Source: Eledone cirrhosa (Eukaryota). Taken from it: a stretch of 64,000 nucleotides of DNA. Under the pieces are notes generated by a model. It searched no databases, was not told where the DNA came from, and saw only the letters and a program-made list of their open reading frames with translations. Within the stretch, counting starts at the first letter, position 1. Each line of letters starts with the position of its first letter. The position numbers were made by a program, and so were the translations under genes. Of the stretch, positions 51,560 through 64,000 are shown piece by piece. Location of the stretch: assembly GCA_964016885.1 (NCBI GenBank), contig OZ024743.1, positions 45,694,001 through 45,758,000 of the forward strand, in the 5' to 3' direction.

Positions 51560-54500
51560 ATAATAATAAATTTGAAGTCTAAAATCCAAAGAGGGCTCAA
51601 TAACGATAAATATATATAAAATATATAAGAACCGTAGAGCAAATATTTATTAAAATAACAGATTAAAGTTTAAGCAAAGAATCGCTGCTTTCACACTTAA
51701 CGGGATCTTCTGAAACTAACGAAGTCAATCTGTAAACGCAGAAGTGGATATTTCAAAAAACGTTGCAACCGGAGGAAGACAGGAAGACGATACTTTGGTT
51801 CGTGGAAACGTTCGCTGGAAAAGAACGGGAAAAAACGAATATAATACGTCATTAATAGGAGCGGTGAAAAACAATTACGCGCAAAGACAGAACCACGTTT
51901 AAGGTATAAAAGAGGTCGTAGACTAATGTTCTCTTAGGTGGTTCATAGAGACGTTCTCTGGCAATGAACGAAAAAAACGAAGATAATACGTCATATGTGG
52001 AGCGTGGAGAACAATAGCACGCAAAGACAAAACCACGTAAATGGTATAGCAGAAGTCGTAGACTAAAATTCTAACTAGGAGACCGAATGAATCTCCGCTA
52101 CAGAGTTAAGAACAAAGTAAATAAATACAATACAGAAGTAATAGAAATAAATAAATACATACACGCAAACTAATACGTACATACACAAGCATACGCAAAA
52201 CACTTACCATAGGTATACAAAACCACGCACATATAAATATGTGTGTGTGTGTATGCGTGTATACAATTAAATATATAATTATATAAACGTATATAAATAA
52301 ATAAATACGTATATAACAAGCGCACACACATACCTACATGTAAATACACGAATGTTCGGAGACGTAAGTCAACCAAAACATGAAGTACACATATACACAC
52401 ACCCTACACACGTACGAACAAGCATACTCACACAGACGCAAAACTCCCGTATACACAAAGCCAAACCATATGTACCAGAATATATAAAATTATACGCCAT
52501 AACATAAACAATCAAATATACGTACGAGAATGTATACGTACCTTCACAAAACATACGGGTAATATATATTTACCTATGCAAATAAGTAATGGTATAAACA
52601 AAACATATACTTAGCTCCCACATCAAGACGTAAAATATCCACGTATAGATCGTACTATCCATTAGGGTATAACGTGGGGCTGTAATACAGGAAAGTTTTG
52701 TGCAAATCATGTTTACAAGCCGAAATTGCCTCAGTATTTTTGTTTAAGATGTGGTCTTTGGCGTAGAGTATTTCCAGGGCCTCAGCGGCACAGAGGTCAC
52801 ATGGTCTTTTATTTCCGTTATACGATCTAGCCCTAGCTAGGATCTTCCAGTGTAACTTATATTGGGTGCGGTTGTCTTTTAGACTCCAGATATAAGTGAC
52901 TTCATATTCCTTCTTAGAGGGTAACGAAAAGAATGTGTATGCATGTAAAGACGCTGCTTGAATCTATTGACGGTTAACCCTATGTAGGCCCTACGGGACG
53001 TGGGTGTTACAACCTTACATTTGTAGACAATGTTACTAGAGAGGCATTTCCCGGATAGGGGGCAATCAACCCGATTCCTACAATTACAGTTAGTACTAAC
53101 TACAGGGTTGCACGTGTTCCTACGGCTAGGTAGTTTAGCTAAATTTGAAGCTGTGATGTTATGTGCAAGGTTAGGAGTCGTAGTGTAATAAATTTCAATA
53201 GTATTTCTATTAAAAATATTACTATATTTATGTGTAGGGGGAAAATGCTTCGTAATAAGGGAATGAAAGATCTTAGCTAATGGTGTGGCCACCTTCATAT
53301 TATATGGTGGGTTATACCAACAAATGCGACGGGATCTATTTCTTCTAGGTCTATTTTCGTACTCTGTATATGCTACCTTATCAACAAATCCACTTCGAGC
53401 AAGAGCTTCATTGTAATAAGTGGAATGGTCGTTGAAAATACGCTCGTTGGTGGAAAGACGGGAAAGCCTCAACGAAACGTTTCTTACCAGGTTCTTGGTT
53501 ATGCTGGCAGGATGGTTGGAATGCTTACTTATCTAATTAAGCGTATCATTCGGCTTTCTATACGGGTAATACAACCCATTCAATAAATTGATGGTAACGT
53601 CGAGGTAATTAACGACCGAGAGATTGGCCTCAACCTGTATAGTGAGGTTGAAGCCTTTAAAGAAGGCTGTGAGTTCTTTTCTGCACCTGTCGCAAGCACG
53701 AGGTCCGCACTTAGTCATGGTCAAAAGACCATCGTCACGGTACAAACCACCGCCCGCGTTGGGGAATTCATCCTTGATAGAGAAAAGAAGGAAAAGGCCA
53801 ATAAGATCAGTAACCTCCGCAGAATCACTGGCGCCCAAACTCACGTCGAATGGGGTACTATTGAATTTTTTAATCCAAATAGAGTCGTCGAAATTAATCA
53901 CCGACTTTCGGGCATTGAGGATGACACAACTTCGAAATCCTTAACCACTGTGAGTGTTTTAGCGAAATTGATAGCTCTAAGGAGAAGTGGTAAAGTGATG
54001 GAGGAGTAGTAATTGTTGATGTCGAATTGGATAAAACGGCAATGTTCCTTGTTACATATGCCGTTGAACCAATCAATCACCGCGAAAGAATTGTTCCACA
54101 GTGCAAGAGGGGCCAAACTTCTAATTTCAGGTATAATTCTATCAAGAATCGTTTTACTAAGTCTGCCTAAATCGGCTTCGTAGGGTTAATAAGCCGAATA
54201 GAGGGGTTGTTCGGAAAATTGGATTTGTGATCCTTCAGGGTAAAGTGGGGATAAATAGGGTCCAGAGGTTCGGTCCAGTCCAGGATGTTGAGATCAGGTG
54301 TGATTTTAAACCCAGCATCGTTGATTTCATTGATGACGCACCGATTAGTTTTACGGTAATCCTTAGTTACAGCATTATGTAGTAGTTGATGGCAAGTACT
54401 GCGCTCCACTTGATATAGGTTGCCAGTTTTGTCGGAATGGACGTGCACGGCATTAGAATCCTTAATAGAACGAATTCTATTCATCAGGTCTTGCTGGAAG

Positions 54501-54830
54501 GAATTGCTCCTATTCCGAAATTTGATACTCTGAATGAGTTCCAAGACATCATTTTCGAAGGGTAGCAATGCTGGGTTACACGGGGGGTTATTATAGGTTT
54601 TAAATCCAAATTTATCCTGTTTTGTGTCTGCTTTTCGTGGATTATCGAAATAAAAGGTACGCCAACGCAACCTTTTAATGAACGCGTCTGTTTTCTGTAT
54701 CAGGAGTTTTAGGTATGTTTTCCTGCTTGGGACGGGTATGTTCTTTGTAGAAATATTCAGATGTTGTTTCTGCATGATGAATATAAGTCAGTAGAGTGCT
54801 CAACCGAGGGAGCCAAATAGTAATAATAAT
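51557..54830 (-). mobile_element. Near full-length, decayed Naiad-like PLE with 3' region and degenerate HHR (51667-51717)
   Basis: Coding remnant plus 1.1-kb 3' region; agttt-CAGAAGA-..-GAAA-gca..tgc-TT-aaact. Confidence 0.85.
52655..54775 (-). pseudogene. PLE RT + GIY-YIG ORF with several frameshifts/stops
   Basis: STKNIPVP, RLRWR, SDKTGNLY, TLKDHK, RLINPTK, FIQFDINNYYSSI, GGLYRDD, CNCRNRVDCPL, YIGLT, CDLC, CKH. Confidence 0.9.
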
Positions 54831-54901
54831 ATATATATGTATATATATATCTATGTATATATATATGTATATATATATGTATGTCTATATATATGTCTAT
54901 A

Positions 54902-54951
<50 letters not shown>

Positions 54952-55033
54952 GTTATTCCGGGTTGAATCGGAGGTAACCACAGTAAGTAAGGTACTCAAT
55001 ACATTGCAGAGTATAAAAGTTTTAATATAGATG

Positions 55034-55084
55034 AGATTCTACAGGACTAGAACTGTTTCATTATTTAGAAATCATCAGGAATCT
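55034..55084 (-). ncRNA. Type I hammerhead ribozyme in a PLE-like 3' end (54948-55560)
   Basis: agattc-CTGATGA-tttctaaataat-GAAA-cag ttctagtc ctg-TA-gaatct; degenerate homolog at 2428-2479 (+). Confidence 0.75.
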
Positions 55085-55559
55085 TGGTATCAAAAAATAA
55101 ATATGGTATTTATAGGTCTCTACAAGTGGTAGGAGAGGGTGGGGCGTGGGAAGGGTGTAGGTCATTGGTTGATAGAAAAGGGAATTCATTAAAAGCTAAT
55201 TCTACAAAGCTATAGTTTATTTTTATTATTATTGTTAATTTTTGTTTTTAGAGTAACAAAGGCAGACAGAATTCTATAAACAGGTTCCGGATGGCATACC
55301 ATTCCATGTCATTAAGTTTCTCTTAAGCTAACAGATGTCTATAAGATCAGTGGGGGGTCAGTCATGGTAGATAGAATTAAAGGAAAGGGAGATTCTTTAA
55401 AAGCTAAATTCATTATGGTTCTACTAAGTGACAAAGGTTTAGAGAATTCTGTAGACAAATTCAGAATATTGAGTGCATATCTTACAATTATCTTCGAACT
55501 TCTCTTAAACTAATCAACTATATGCCAAAAATCAACAGACACATTCACAAAAAAACACA

Positions 55560-55664
55560 CTCACTCACACACTCGCGCGCAACCATAAACACACATACAC
55601 ATACACATATACACACATAAAAACACACACACGTATATAAATATATTTATATATATATATATAT

Positions 55665-55727
<63 letters not shown>

Positions 55728-56003
55728 CACACATACATATATATACACACACACACACACACATATATGCACATATATATACACTCACACACATACATAC
55801 ATACATACACACAAATATACATGTGTATACATATACATACATATACACATACATATATATATATATACACATATATATATATAATACATATACATACACA
55901 CATATATATATATATATACATATACACACACATACACACAAACACACATATATATATATATATATGTATATACATAAACAAATATATACATATACATACA
56001 CAC

Positions 56004-56034
<31 letters not shown>

Positions 56035-56074
56035 CACACACACACACATATACACATATATAAGGAAAAAGCAC

Positions 56075-56117
<43 letters not shown>

Positions 56118-56167
56118 ACACACATACATACATATATACACAAATACATACACATATATACACACAT

Positions 56168-56222
<55 letters not shown>

Positions 56223-56398
56223 AATATACATATACACATATATATATACACACACACACACAATATATATACACATATATACATATACACACACACACAC
56301 ATACATACACACATACATACATACATACATACATATACAAATATATATACATATATACATATACATCTATATATATTTTTTTTTTTTTTTTTTTTTTT
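55560..56398. repeat. Compound (CA)/(TA) microsatellite ending in poly-T
   Basis: Direct reading. Confidence 0.9.
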
Positions 56399-56399
56399 C

Positions 56400-56829
56400 C
56401 TCTCTCTATATATATTTCTCTCTGTTTCTTTACATGAAGGTCTTCTCTTTATCTATCTTTCTATATCCCTCTATTTAGTCACATACATTTCTTCCTTTTC
56501 TTCGTTTCTCTTTCTTTCTCTCTTTATCTCTTTCTTTTTACAACTGTCCACAATTTTTTACTGCCAAATCAACCTCACAAATGCAAGGTGATTGAAAGGT
56601 ATGTCGTATCTATTTATTTATAAGACTGTTTATATTGTATTTTGTCTGAAGATGGCATAACATTGTTAATATGATATCCCTGAAATATATATAACGAAAT
56701 AAATATGGTTTTATAAATATAGTTTCCATTTATTTAATATCATAAATATACTCCAAATACTTGTTGAGTGCTTTTATATCAGTTATAAATATTTACTCGT
56801 TGTTAACCCAACAATTTAAATATAACTTT

Positions 56830-56831
<2 letters not shown>
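56400..56831 (+). mobile_element. Naiad-like 3' end with HHR (56638-56701) and direct tail
   Basis: Homologous to 31550-31885 and 62780-63270. Confidence 0.8.
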
Positions 56832-56892
<61 letters not shown>

Positions 56893-56895
<3 letters not shown>

Positions 56896-57082
56896 CGAAG
56901 GAAATGTGGTAAGGAACCAGGTGGACCATAACGCACCAAAGTACTCAATACTTGGGGTAGTAGAGTGGGTAATAGGAACCAGTAAGACCCCGACGGCTGA
57001 GCTCAAGCCGTTTCGATGGCTAATTCTGGACTAGCCGTCGAAACGGCTTGAGCTCAGCCGTCGGGGTCTTACTGGTTCCTAT
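56893..57082. mobile_element. Tiny fold-back element (arms 56973-57022 / 57031-57082) containing the 3' half of a hammerhead
   Basis: Near-perfect hairpin; GAAA-cggct tgagctc agccg-TC-gggg; tail on the left. Confidence 0.6.
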
Positions 57083-57202
57083 ATATATATATATATATAT
57101 ATACATACACATATATACATATACATACATATACACACACATATATACACACACACACATATACACATATATACACACACACACACTCACACATACACAT
57201 GC

Positions 57203-57247
<45 letters not shown>

Positions 57248-57394
57248 TACACATACATACACAGACATATACATAAATATACACATATATATACAAACAT
57301 ATATACCCATATATACACACATATATACATATATATACACGCATACACACATACACACACACACACACAAATATATATACACACACTCTCTCTC

Positions 57395-57505
<111 letters not shown>

Positions 57506-57543
57506 ATTAAATAAATGGAAAACTATATTTATAAAACCATATT

Positions 57544-57609
57544 TATTTCATTATATATATTTCGGGGATATCATATTAACAATATGCTATGCCTTCATCA
57601 GACAAAATA
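57544..57609 (-). ncRNA. Type I hammerhead ribozyme (left arm)
   Basis: Reverse complement of 63065-63130. Confidence 0.78.
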
Positions 57610-57980
57610 CAATATAAACAGTTTTATAGATAAATATATTCGACATACCGTAATAAACATCAACTTCATTTGAAGAGGTTCACTCTAGCAGTGAAAATAC
57701 AGAGAGAAAGAAAGAGAGAGAGAAAAGAGGGAAATAGGAAAGAAAGAAAGACAAAACGAAGAAAAGGAAGAAAAAGAAGAAAAAGAAAAAGAAGAAATGC
57801 ATGGGACAAAATAGAGAGATGGAAAAATAGATAAAGCGAAGAGCTTCATGTAAAGAGACAGAAAGAGATATATATATATAGAGAGAGAGAGAGGAAGTAG
57901 AGATAGATACATATATAAATATAGATATAGAAAAATTAGGTAGTGGGAGGTCATTTTGAGTAAGTGTATCAATGATGCAT

Positions 57981-58019
<39 letters not shown>

Positions 58020-59217
58020 GCTCAAGTATTAATGTAAGGGAGATATATAGAGAGATATAGAGAGATATAGAGAGAGAAAAAATTTAAAAATAGCCAGACA
58101 TATTCGAGGCGTAGAAAACCCTATGTTTTAATGTATTAGTATTTATAAAACTTACACTATATTGTAAATATCAGTATTCCTGAATGAAACAAGTATTCAC
58201 AATGCGTGAAAATTCATTATCTTATGTTTAGTTTTTTAAAAAATTCATATGTCTATGTGAATCCAACTGATTCACTCGGCAAATTCAAAGTTACCGGAAA
58301 ACATTCTCAATGTGGTATAAAGATTTGAGCGTATTATTATTCTTGCGATTACTCTACAAGATTATCTATCAAGCAGAAATAGAGAGCAGATTTCAATAAA
58401 CTAATCGAAAATATATATTATATTATAAGCAGAGATAACAATAATAATGATAATAAGTAAAAATATATAAAAATATAAAAATATAGAATAGAAAACTAAA
58501 AAAGAATATTACGAAAGAATATTACATAATAAAAATATTGCATATTAAAAATACTACGTATTAAAAATATTACGTATTAAAACTTTACATATAAAAATAT
58601 TAAAAATAAAAATTTACATATAAAAATATTAAAAATAAAAATAAAATAAAATAAAAAATAAAAATATTATAGAATACTACAATACTAAAAGAATAAAAAT
58701 AAAAATAAAAATAAAAATAAAAATAAAATTAAAAATAAAATTAAAAATAAAAATAAAAAAAAAATAAAAATAAAAATAAAAATAAAAATAAAAATAAAAA
58801 TAAAAATAAAAAATGAAAATAAAAATAAAAATAAACCACAAAGAACAACCCTTCAAAGTTAATTGACAATATATTGCCAAGTTCACTACAAGACAAAGCC
58901 AAAAATTATCTATCAAATCACATCTAGCAAGGAATATCGCAAAAAAAAAAAAAAGAAAAGGAATATCGCAAAAAAAAAAAAAAAAAAAAAAAAAGATTAT
59001 GATGTCCAATAATGTCTACATATGTTCCTATATTTAATATATAAGTTTATCAAGTGTAAGGTTAATTCAAAAAATTTGGAGCATCGGCTTTTAGGGTAGC
59101 TTAATTTTTCATGAGGAATGTTTAGATAAAAATAAAAATAAAAATAAAAATAAAAATAAAAATAAATAAAATAAAATAAACAATAAAAAGAGTAAAAAGA
59201 GGGAATCAAAGATTTAG

Positions 59218-60771
59218 GAATCAAAAGACATACCTCTACCTAGAAACAAAGACTTTGTAAAACAACTAATAGATAAATCTGACTCTTTTATAAGGAGAAT
59301 CAGGTGGCGTGCATTCCACTTTGATAAATTTAATGCAGACGAAAATATCTCGGACTTAAACAAAGTTTTCAAATCTAAAAGAAATCCACCCCCTAACAAA
59401 CTTTTATCTGACTTTGAAAACGATATAATTTCTATCATACAAGGGGTCAAATTCAAGAGAAACTTTAAAGGCCAGGAATATCTGAAAGGCATTAAGGATA
59501 ACATTGAGAGCTTAGAGAAAACTGAGAAGATCTTGGTGAAATCTGACAAGACCAACAACCTCTATGGAGTGCAGAAAGACATGTATAATGGCCTCATACT
59601 GAAAGAGCTGAGGAAAAAATACAAGGTAGCAGATAAGACCGAACTTGAGAAAATGAATGTTGAAGCATCTTGTATAATGCATGAGTTGGAAATTGAGAAC
59701 AGAACACAACCTTTCGTGCCCAGGAAACCGAAGATCAATATGAAGGACCACAAGAGGAATTTTGAGATTGACCTGCCAGTTAGATTGATCGCACCTTCAA
59801 AATCGGACCTGGGCAAATTAAGCAAAAACATTCTTGACAGGGTGATACTGCAAATTAAGAACTTGGATTATGTATCTAACCTGAGCTTGTGGAAGGGAAC
59901 TGGAGAGGTTGTTGAGTGGTTTAGGCAAATTAGATATGACAATAATAATAGGTTTATTCAACTTGATATAGCTAACTATTATTCTTCTATTACCCCTAGT
60001 CTACTAAATAAGGCACTAAATTACGCATTCAAACATACGGACATAACTAGCAAAGAAATGCATATTATATTATCGGCTAGGAAAACTTTGATAGAATTTG
60101 ATGACAAATTATGGACCAGAGCAGATAGAGATAGCAATTTTGACATAACTATGGGATCTTCCGACTCAGCTCAGGTAACTGACCTTGTGGGCTTATTTTT
60201 AATCAATTCGCTACATAGGAAAATACCTGGTACTACCGGAGGTTTATATAGGGATGACATGCTTTTACTTATTAATAATAATAACCCTGAACTAAATAGA
60301 AAATGTAAACAAATTAAAAAATTTTTTAATTACTTTAACCTTAAAATAGAAATTGAGAACAACCATAGAATAGTCAATTTCCTAGATATAACATTAAATC
60401 TCAACACATGTCTCCACTATCCTTTTCACAAGTTGAATGAAAACTTAAACTATGTCAACTTTAACTCTAACCACCCCAGATCTGTCAAAAACACTATAGT
60501 AAACTCAGTCCAAAAACGTATCTCTAGGATCTCGTCGAATAGAAAGATTTTTGACGAAAAGGCCCAATACTATAATGATGCACTAGCTAGGGCAGGGTAT
60601 GCTGATAAGATTGTGTACATAGATAATGATAAACAAACTAAACAAAGTAACAACTTTTTTAATGACGGCAACAACATTAACAACTATAATAGAAAGCATT
60701 ACAATAATTCTAAAGGACAAAAAAGAAATAGAACTAGGAACATAATTTGGTTTGCCCCCCTTTCTCACTAA
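59218..60771 (+). CDS. PLE reverse transcriptase (N-terminal region, RT, thumb); start codon lost at the inversion junction
   Basis: Frame open from 59218: SKDIPLP..RRIRWRA..KSDKTNNLY..MKDHK..RLIAPSKSDLG..FIQLDIANYYSSI..MGSSDSAQVTDLVG..GGLYRDD..VNFLDITLNL..SNHP. Confidence 0.93.
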   Translation, partial: ESKDIPLPRNKDFVKQLIDKSDSFIRRIRWRAFHFDKFNADENISDLNKVFKSKRNPPPNKLLSDFENDIISIIQGVKFKRNFKGQEYLKGIKDNIESLEKTEKILVKSDKTNNLYGVQKDMYNGLILKELRKKYKVADKTELEKMNVEASCIMHELEIENRTQPFVPRKPKINMKDHKRNFEIDLPVRLIAPSKSDLGKLSKNILDRVILQIKNLDYVSNLSLWKGTGEVVEWFRQIRYDNNNRFIQLDIANYYSSITPSLLNKALNYAFKHTDITSKEMHIILSARKTLIEFDDKLWTRADRDSNFDITMGSSDSAQVTDLVGLFLINSLHRKIPGTTGGLYRDDMLLLINNNNPELNRKCKQIKKFFNYFNLKIEIENNHRIVNFLDITLNLNTCLHYPFHKLNENLNYVNFNSNHPRSVKNTIVNSVQKRISRISSNRKIFDEKAQYYNDALARAGYADKIVYIDNDKQTKQSNNFFNDGNNINNYNRKHYNNSKGQKRNRTRNIIWFAPLSH

Positions 60772-61406
60772 ACATTAAAACCCACATCGCTAAATTATTT
60801 TTCAAAGCTCTTGATAATCGCTTCCCTAGAACACATAGGTACCACTCAATCTTCAATAGGCATACAATTAAATTAACCTACTCATCCACCAAAAATTTAG
60901 CACAAAATATTAATAGAATAAATAATAGGAACTTAAAACCTACTGATAATAGCATAAATAATATACAAGTTAACAAATGTAACTGTAGAGATAGATCTAA
61001 ATGTCCGTTAAATAACAACTGCTTAGTTAAAAATATAGTATACAATTGCAATGTTAATACTGACTCTAATTCTTTTAACTACGTCGGTTCCACATCGACG
61101 GAATTTAAACTTCGCTATAATAACCACAAGAATTCTTTCACAGATCCAAATAAAAAATCTTCAACGGCACTATCAGGTGTACTCTGGCAACTTAAGCTAG
61201 ATAACGTTAGATATTCGACGGCTTGGAATATAGTCTCAAGAGGGATTCCTTTTAATTCATCCTCTGAGACATGTGACCTCTGCGCAGAGGAGATATTCTT
61301 TATACTAAAATCTAAAAATTCCCTTAACCTACGGACAAATTTATTCAGTTGTTGCAAACATAGATTAAACTCAACGTTTAAATATAAATTTAAATTTAAA
61401 ATGTAG
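60747..61406 (+). CDS. PLE linker + Cys-rich GIY-YIG endonuclease; continuation of the RT ORF across a 1-bp shift in a C-run
   Basis: WFAP|PFSL junction at about 60755; CNCRDRSKCPLNNNC, NIVY..YVGSTSTEFKLRYNNH, CDLCAEE, LNLR, CKHR. Confidence 0.92.
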   Translation: MVCPPFSLNIKTHIAKLFFKALDNRFPRTHRYHSIFNRHTIKLTYSSTKNLAQNINRINNRNLKPTDNSINNIQVNKCNCRDRSKCPLNNNCLVKNIVYNCNVNTDSNSFNYVGSTSTEFKLRYNNHKNSFTDPNKKSSTALSGVLWQLKLDNVRYSTAWNIVSRGIPFNSSSETCDLCAEEIFFILKSKNSLNLRTNLFSCCKHRLNSTFKYKFKFKM

Positions 61407-62656
61407 TATATTTAGTTTGATTTATATTTATATGAGAACTAGCCGATAAATCTTTTGATTCCTAAATCTTTGATTCCCTCTTTTTACTCTTTTTATTGTT
61501 TATTTTATTTTATTTATTTTTATTTTTATTTTTATTTTTATTTTTATTTTTATTTTTATTTTTATCTAAACATTCCTCATGAAAAATTAAGCTACCCTAA
61601 AAGCCGATGCTCCAAATTTTTTGAATTAACCTTACACTTGATAAACTTATATATTAAATATAGGAACATATGTAGACATTATTGGACATCATAATCTTTT
61701 TTTTTTTTTTTTTTTTTTGCGATATTCCTTTTCTTTTTTTTTTTTTTGCGATATTCCTTGCTAGATGTGATTTGATAGATAATTTTTGGCTTTGTCTTGT
61801 AGTGAACTTGGCAATATATTGTCAATTAACTTTGAAGGGTTGTTCTTTGTGGTTTATTTTTATTTTCATTTTTATTTTTATTTTTATTTTTATTTTTATT
61901 TTTATTTTTATTTTTATTTTTATTTTTATTTTTATTTTTATTTTTATTTTTATTTTTATTTTTATTTTTATTTTTATTTTTATTCTTTTAGTATTGTAGT
62001 ATTCTATAATATTTTTATTTTTTATTTTATTTTATTTTTATTTTTAATATTTTTATATGTAAATTTTTATTTTTAATATTTTTATATGTAAAGTTTTAAT
62101 ACGTAATATTTTTAATACGTAGTATTTTTAATATGCAATATTTTTATTATGTAATATTCTTTCGTAATATTCTTTTTTAGTTTTCTATTCTATATTTTTA
62201 TATTTTTATATATTTTTACTTATTATCATTATTATTGTTATCTCTGCTTATAATATAATATATATTTTCGATTAGTTTATTGAAATCTGCTCTCTATTTC
62301 TGCTTGATAGATAATCTTGTAGAGTAATCGCAAGAATAATAATACGCTCAAATCTTTATACCACATTGAGAATGTTTTCCGGTAACTTTGAATTTGCGGA
62401 GTGAATCAGTTGGATTCACATAGACATATGAATTTTTTAAAAAACTAAACATAAGATAATGAATTTTCACGCATTGTGAATACTTGTTTCATTCAGGAAT
62501 ACTGATATTTACAATATAGTGTAAGTTTTATAAATACTAATACATTAAAACATAGGGTTTTCTACGCCTCGAATATGTCTGGCTATTTTTAAATTTTTTC
62601 TCTCTCTATATCTCTCTATATCTCTCTATATATCTCCCTTACATTAATACTTGAGC

Positions 62657-62699
<43 letters not shown>

Positions 62700-63064
62700 A
62701 TGCATCATTGATACACTTACTCAAAATGACCTCCCACTACCTAATTTTTCTATATCTATATTTATATATGTATCTATCTCTACTTCCTCTCTCTCTCTAT
62801 ATATATATATATCTCTTTCTGTCTCTTTACATGAAGCTCTTCGCTTTATCTATTTTTCCATCTCTCTATTTTGTCCCATGCATTTCTTCTTTTTCTTTTT
62901 CTTCTTTTTCTTCCTTTTCTTCGTTTTGTCTTTCTTTCTTTCCTATTTCCCTCTTTTCTCTTTCTTTCTCTCTGTATTTTCACTGCTAGAGTGAACCTCT
63001 TCAAATGAAGTTGATGTTTATTACGGTATGTCGAATATATTTATCTATAAAACTGTTTATATTG

Positions 63065-63130
63065 TATTTTGTCTGATGAAGGCATAGCATATTGTTAATA
63101 TGATATCCCCGAAATATATATAATGAAATA
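63065..63130 (+). ncRNA. Type I hammerhead ribozyme (right arm)
   Basis: tattttgt-CTGATGA-long stem II (catatt gtt aatatg)-GAAA-TATATA-TA-atgaaata. Confidence 0.78.
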
Positions 63131-63265
63131 AATATGGTTTTATAAATATAGTTTTCCATTTATTTAATATTTAATATTGTAAATATACTCCAAGTATTTG
63201 TCGAGTGCTTTTATATCAGTTATAAATATTTACTAGTTGTAACCCAACAATTTTAAATATAACTT

Positions 63266-63370
<105 letters not shown>

Positions 63371-63394
63371 CTGCACACACACATATATATAGGC

Positions 63395-64000
63395 AGATTA
63401 GCTGGTACCACCCTCCCTTCAATAGAGAGGTATCTACTCCGATAGCTAGGATTTTCTTCACTTTGCTGAAATTACACTTCCCCATACAACATAGGTACCA
63501 CACCATCTTTAATAAGAACACAATAAGACTGTCTTACTCCACCACACCTAACCTAGCTAGGAATATAGCCAACCACAATTCTAAAAAATTAAATAAGCCA
63601 ACCACCTCTGAACCCAATCCCCGGACTGAGGCTCTATGTAATTGCCTAAATAAGGAAGCATGCCCACTTGAAAACAAATGCCTCACAAATGATATCGTAT
63701 ACAAATGCGATGTCATCTCAGGCACCGAGGATTGCAATAACAAAAAACTTACATCGGCATGACCTCCAACCGGTCAAATCAAATCAGACAACACTCGCCT
63801 CCTACGTTTGGGACCTCAAAAGGAACTCCACCCCCTTCACGCTTAAATGGAAAATACTCCAGAAAGCGCGCTCTTACAACGGAGGACACAAGGGTTGCGA
63901 CCTTTGTATTTCAGAGAGCTACGAAATTTTATTCGCCAAGGGCCCGCTACTGAACAAACTCTCTGAACACTGCCCGAACTGCATGCACAAGAACTTTGCA
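63395..64000 (+). pseudogene. Naiad-like PLE linker/GIY-YIG fragment, frameshifted, running off the window
   Basis: [53 protein letters not shown]. Confidence 0.85.

Noticed and set aside
59218-61406. Selenocysteine recoding, reported for some Naiads
   Set aside because: No in-frame TGA at Cys positions in this ORF or in 40829-42373, and no SECIS was recognised.

Overview
Gene-free, AT-rich, microsatellite-laden eukaryotic DNA, probably from an invertebrate; the SINEs and repeat landscape suggest an octopus or other cephalopod (inference). I found no host gene, and most predicted ORFs are translations of (TA)n/(CA)n tracts or satellites. The window is a dense nest of retroelements. (1) At least six copies of Penelope-like elements (PLEs) carry parts of an ORF with a YRDD-type RT and a Cys-rich GIY-YIG endonuclease, most like the Naiad clade. 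One is near-intact and sits between 1.7-kb inverted repeats (57.5-63.3 kb). (2) About 30 hammerhead-ribozyme (HHR) motifs, intact to degenerate and in roughly a dozen sequence families, lie in PLE 3' ends, small fold-back elements and two non-coding tandem arrays (312-bp and 469-bp units) that look like retrozymes. One family carries a compensated U3-A8 catalytic core. (3) One RTE LINE remnant was inflated from within its ORF by a 10.3-kb 23-bp satellite and a 2.1-kb 79-bp satellite. (4) There are also tRNA-derived SINEs, two Helitron-like elements, and RTE, CRE and R4-like LINE fragments. All structures were read by eye, so coordinates may be off by a few bases, and ribozyme activity is untested.
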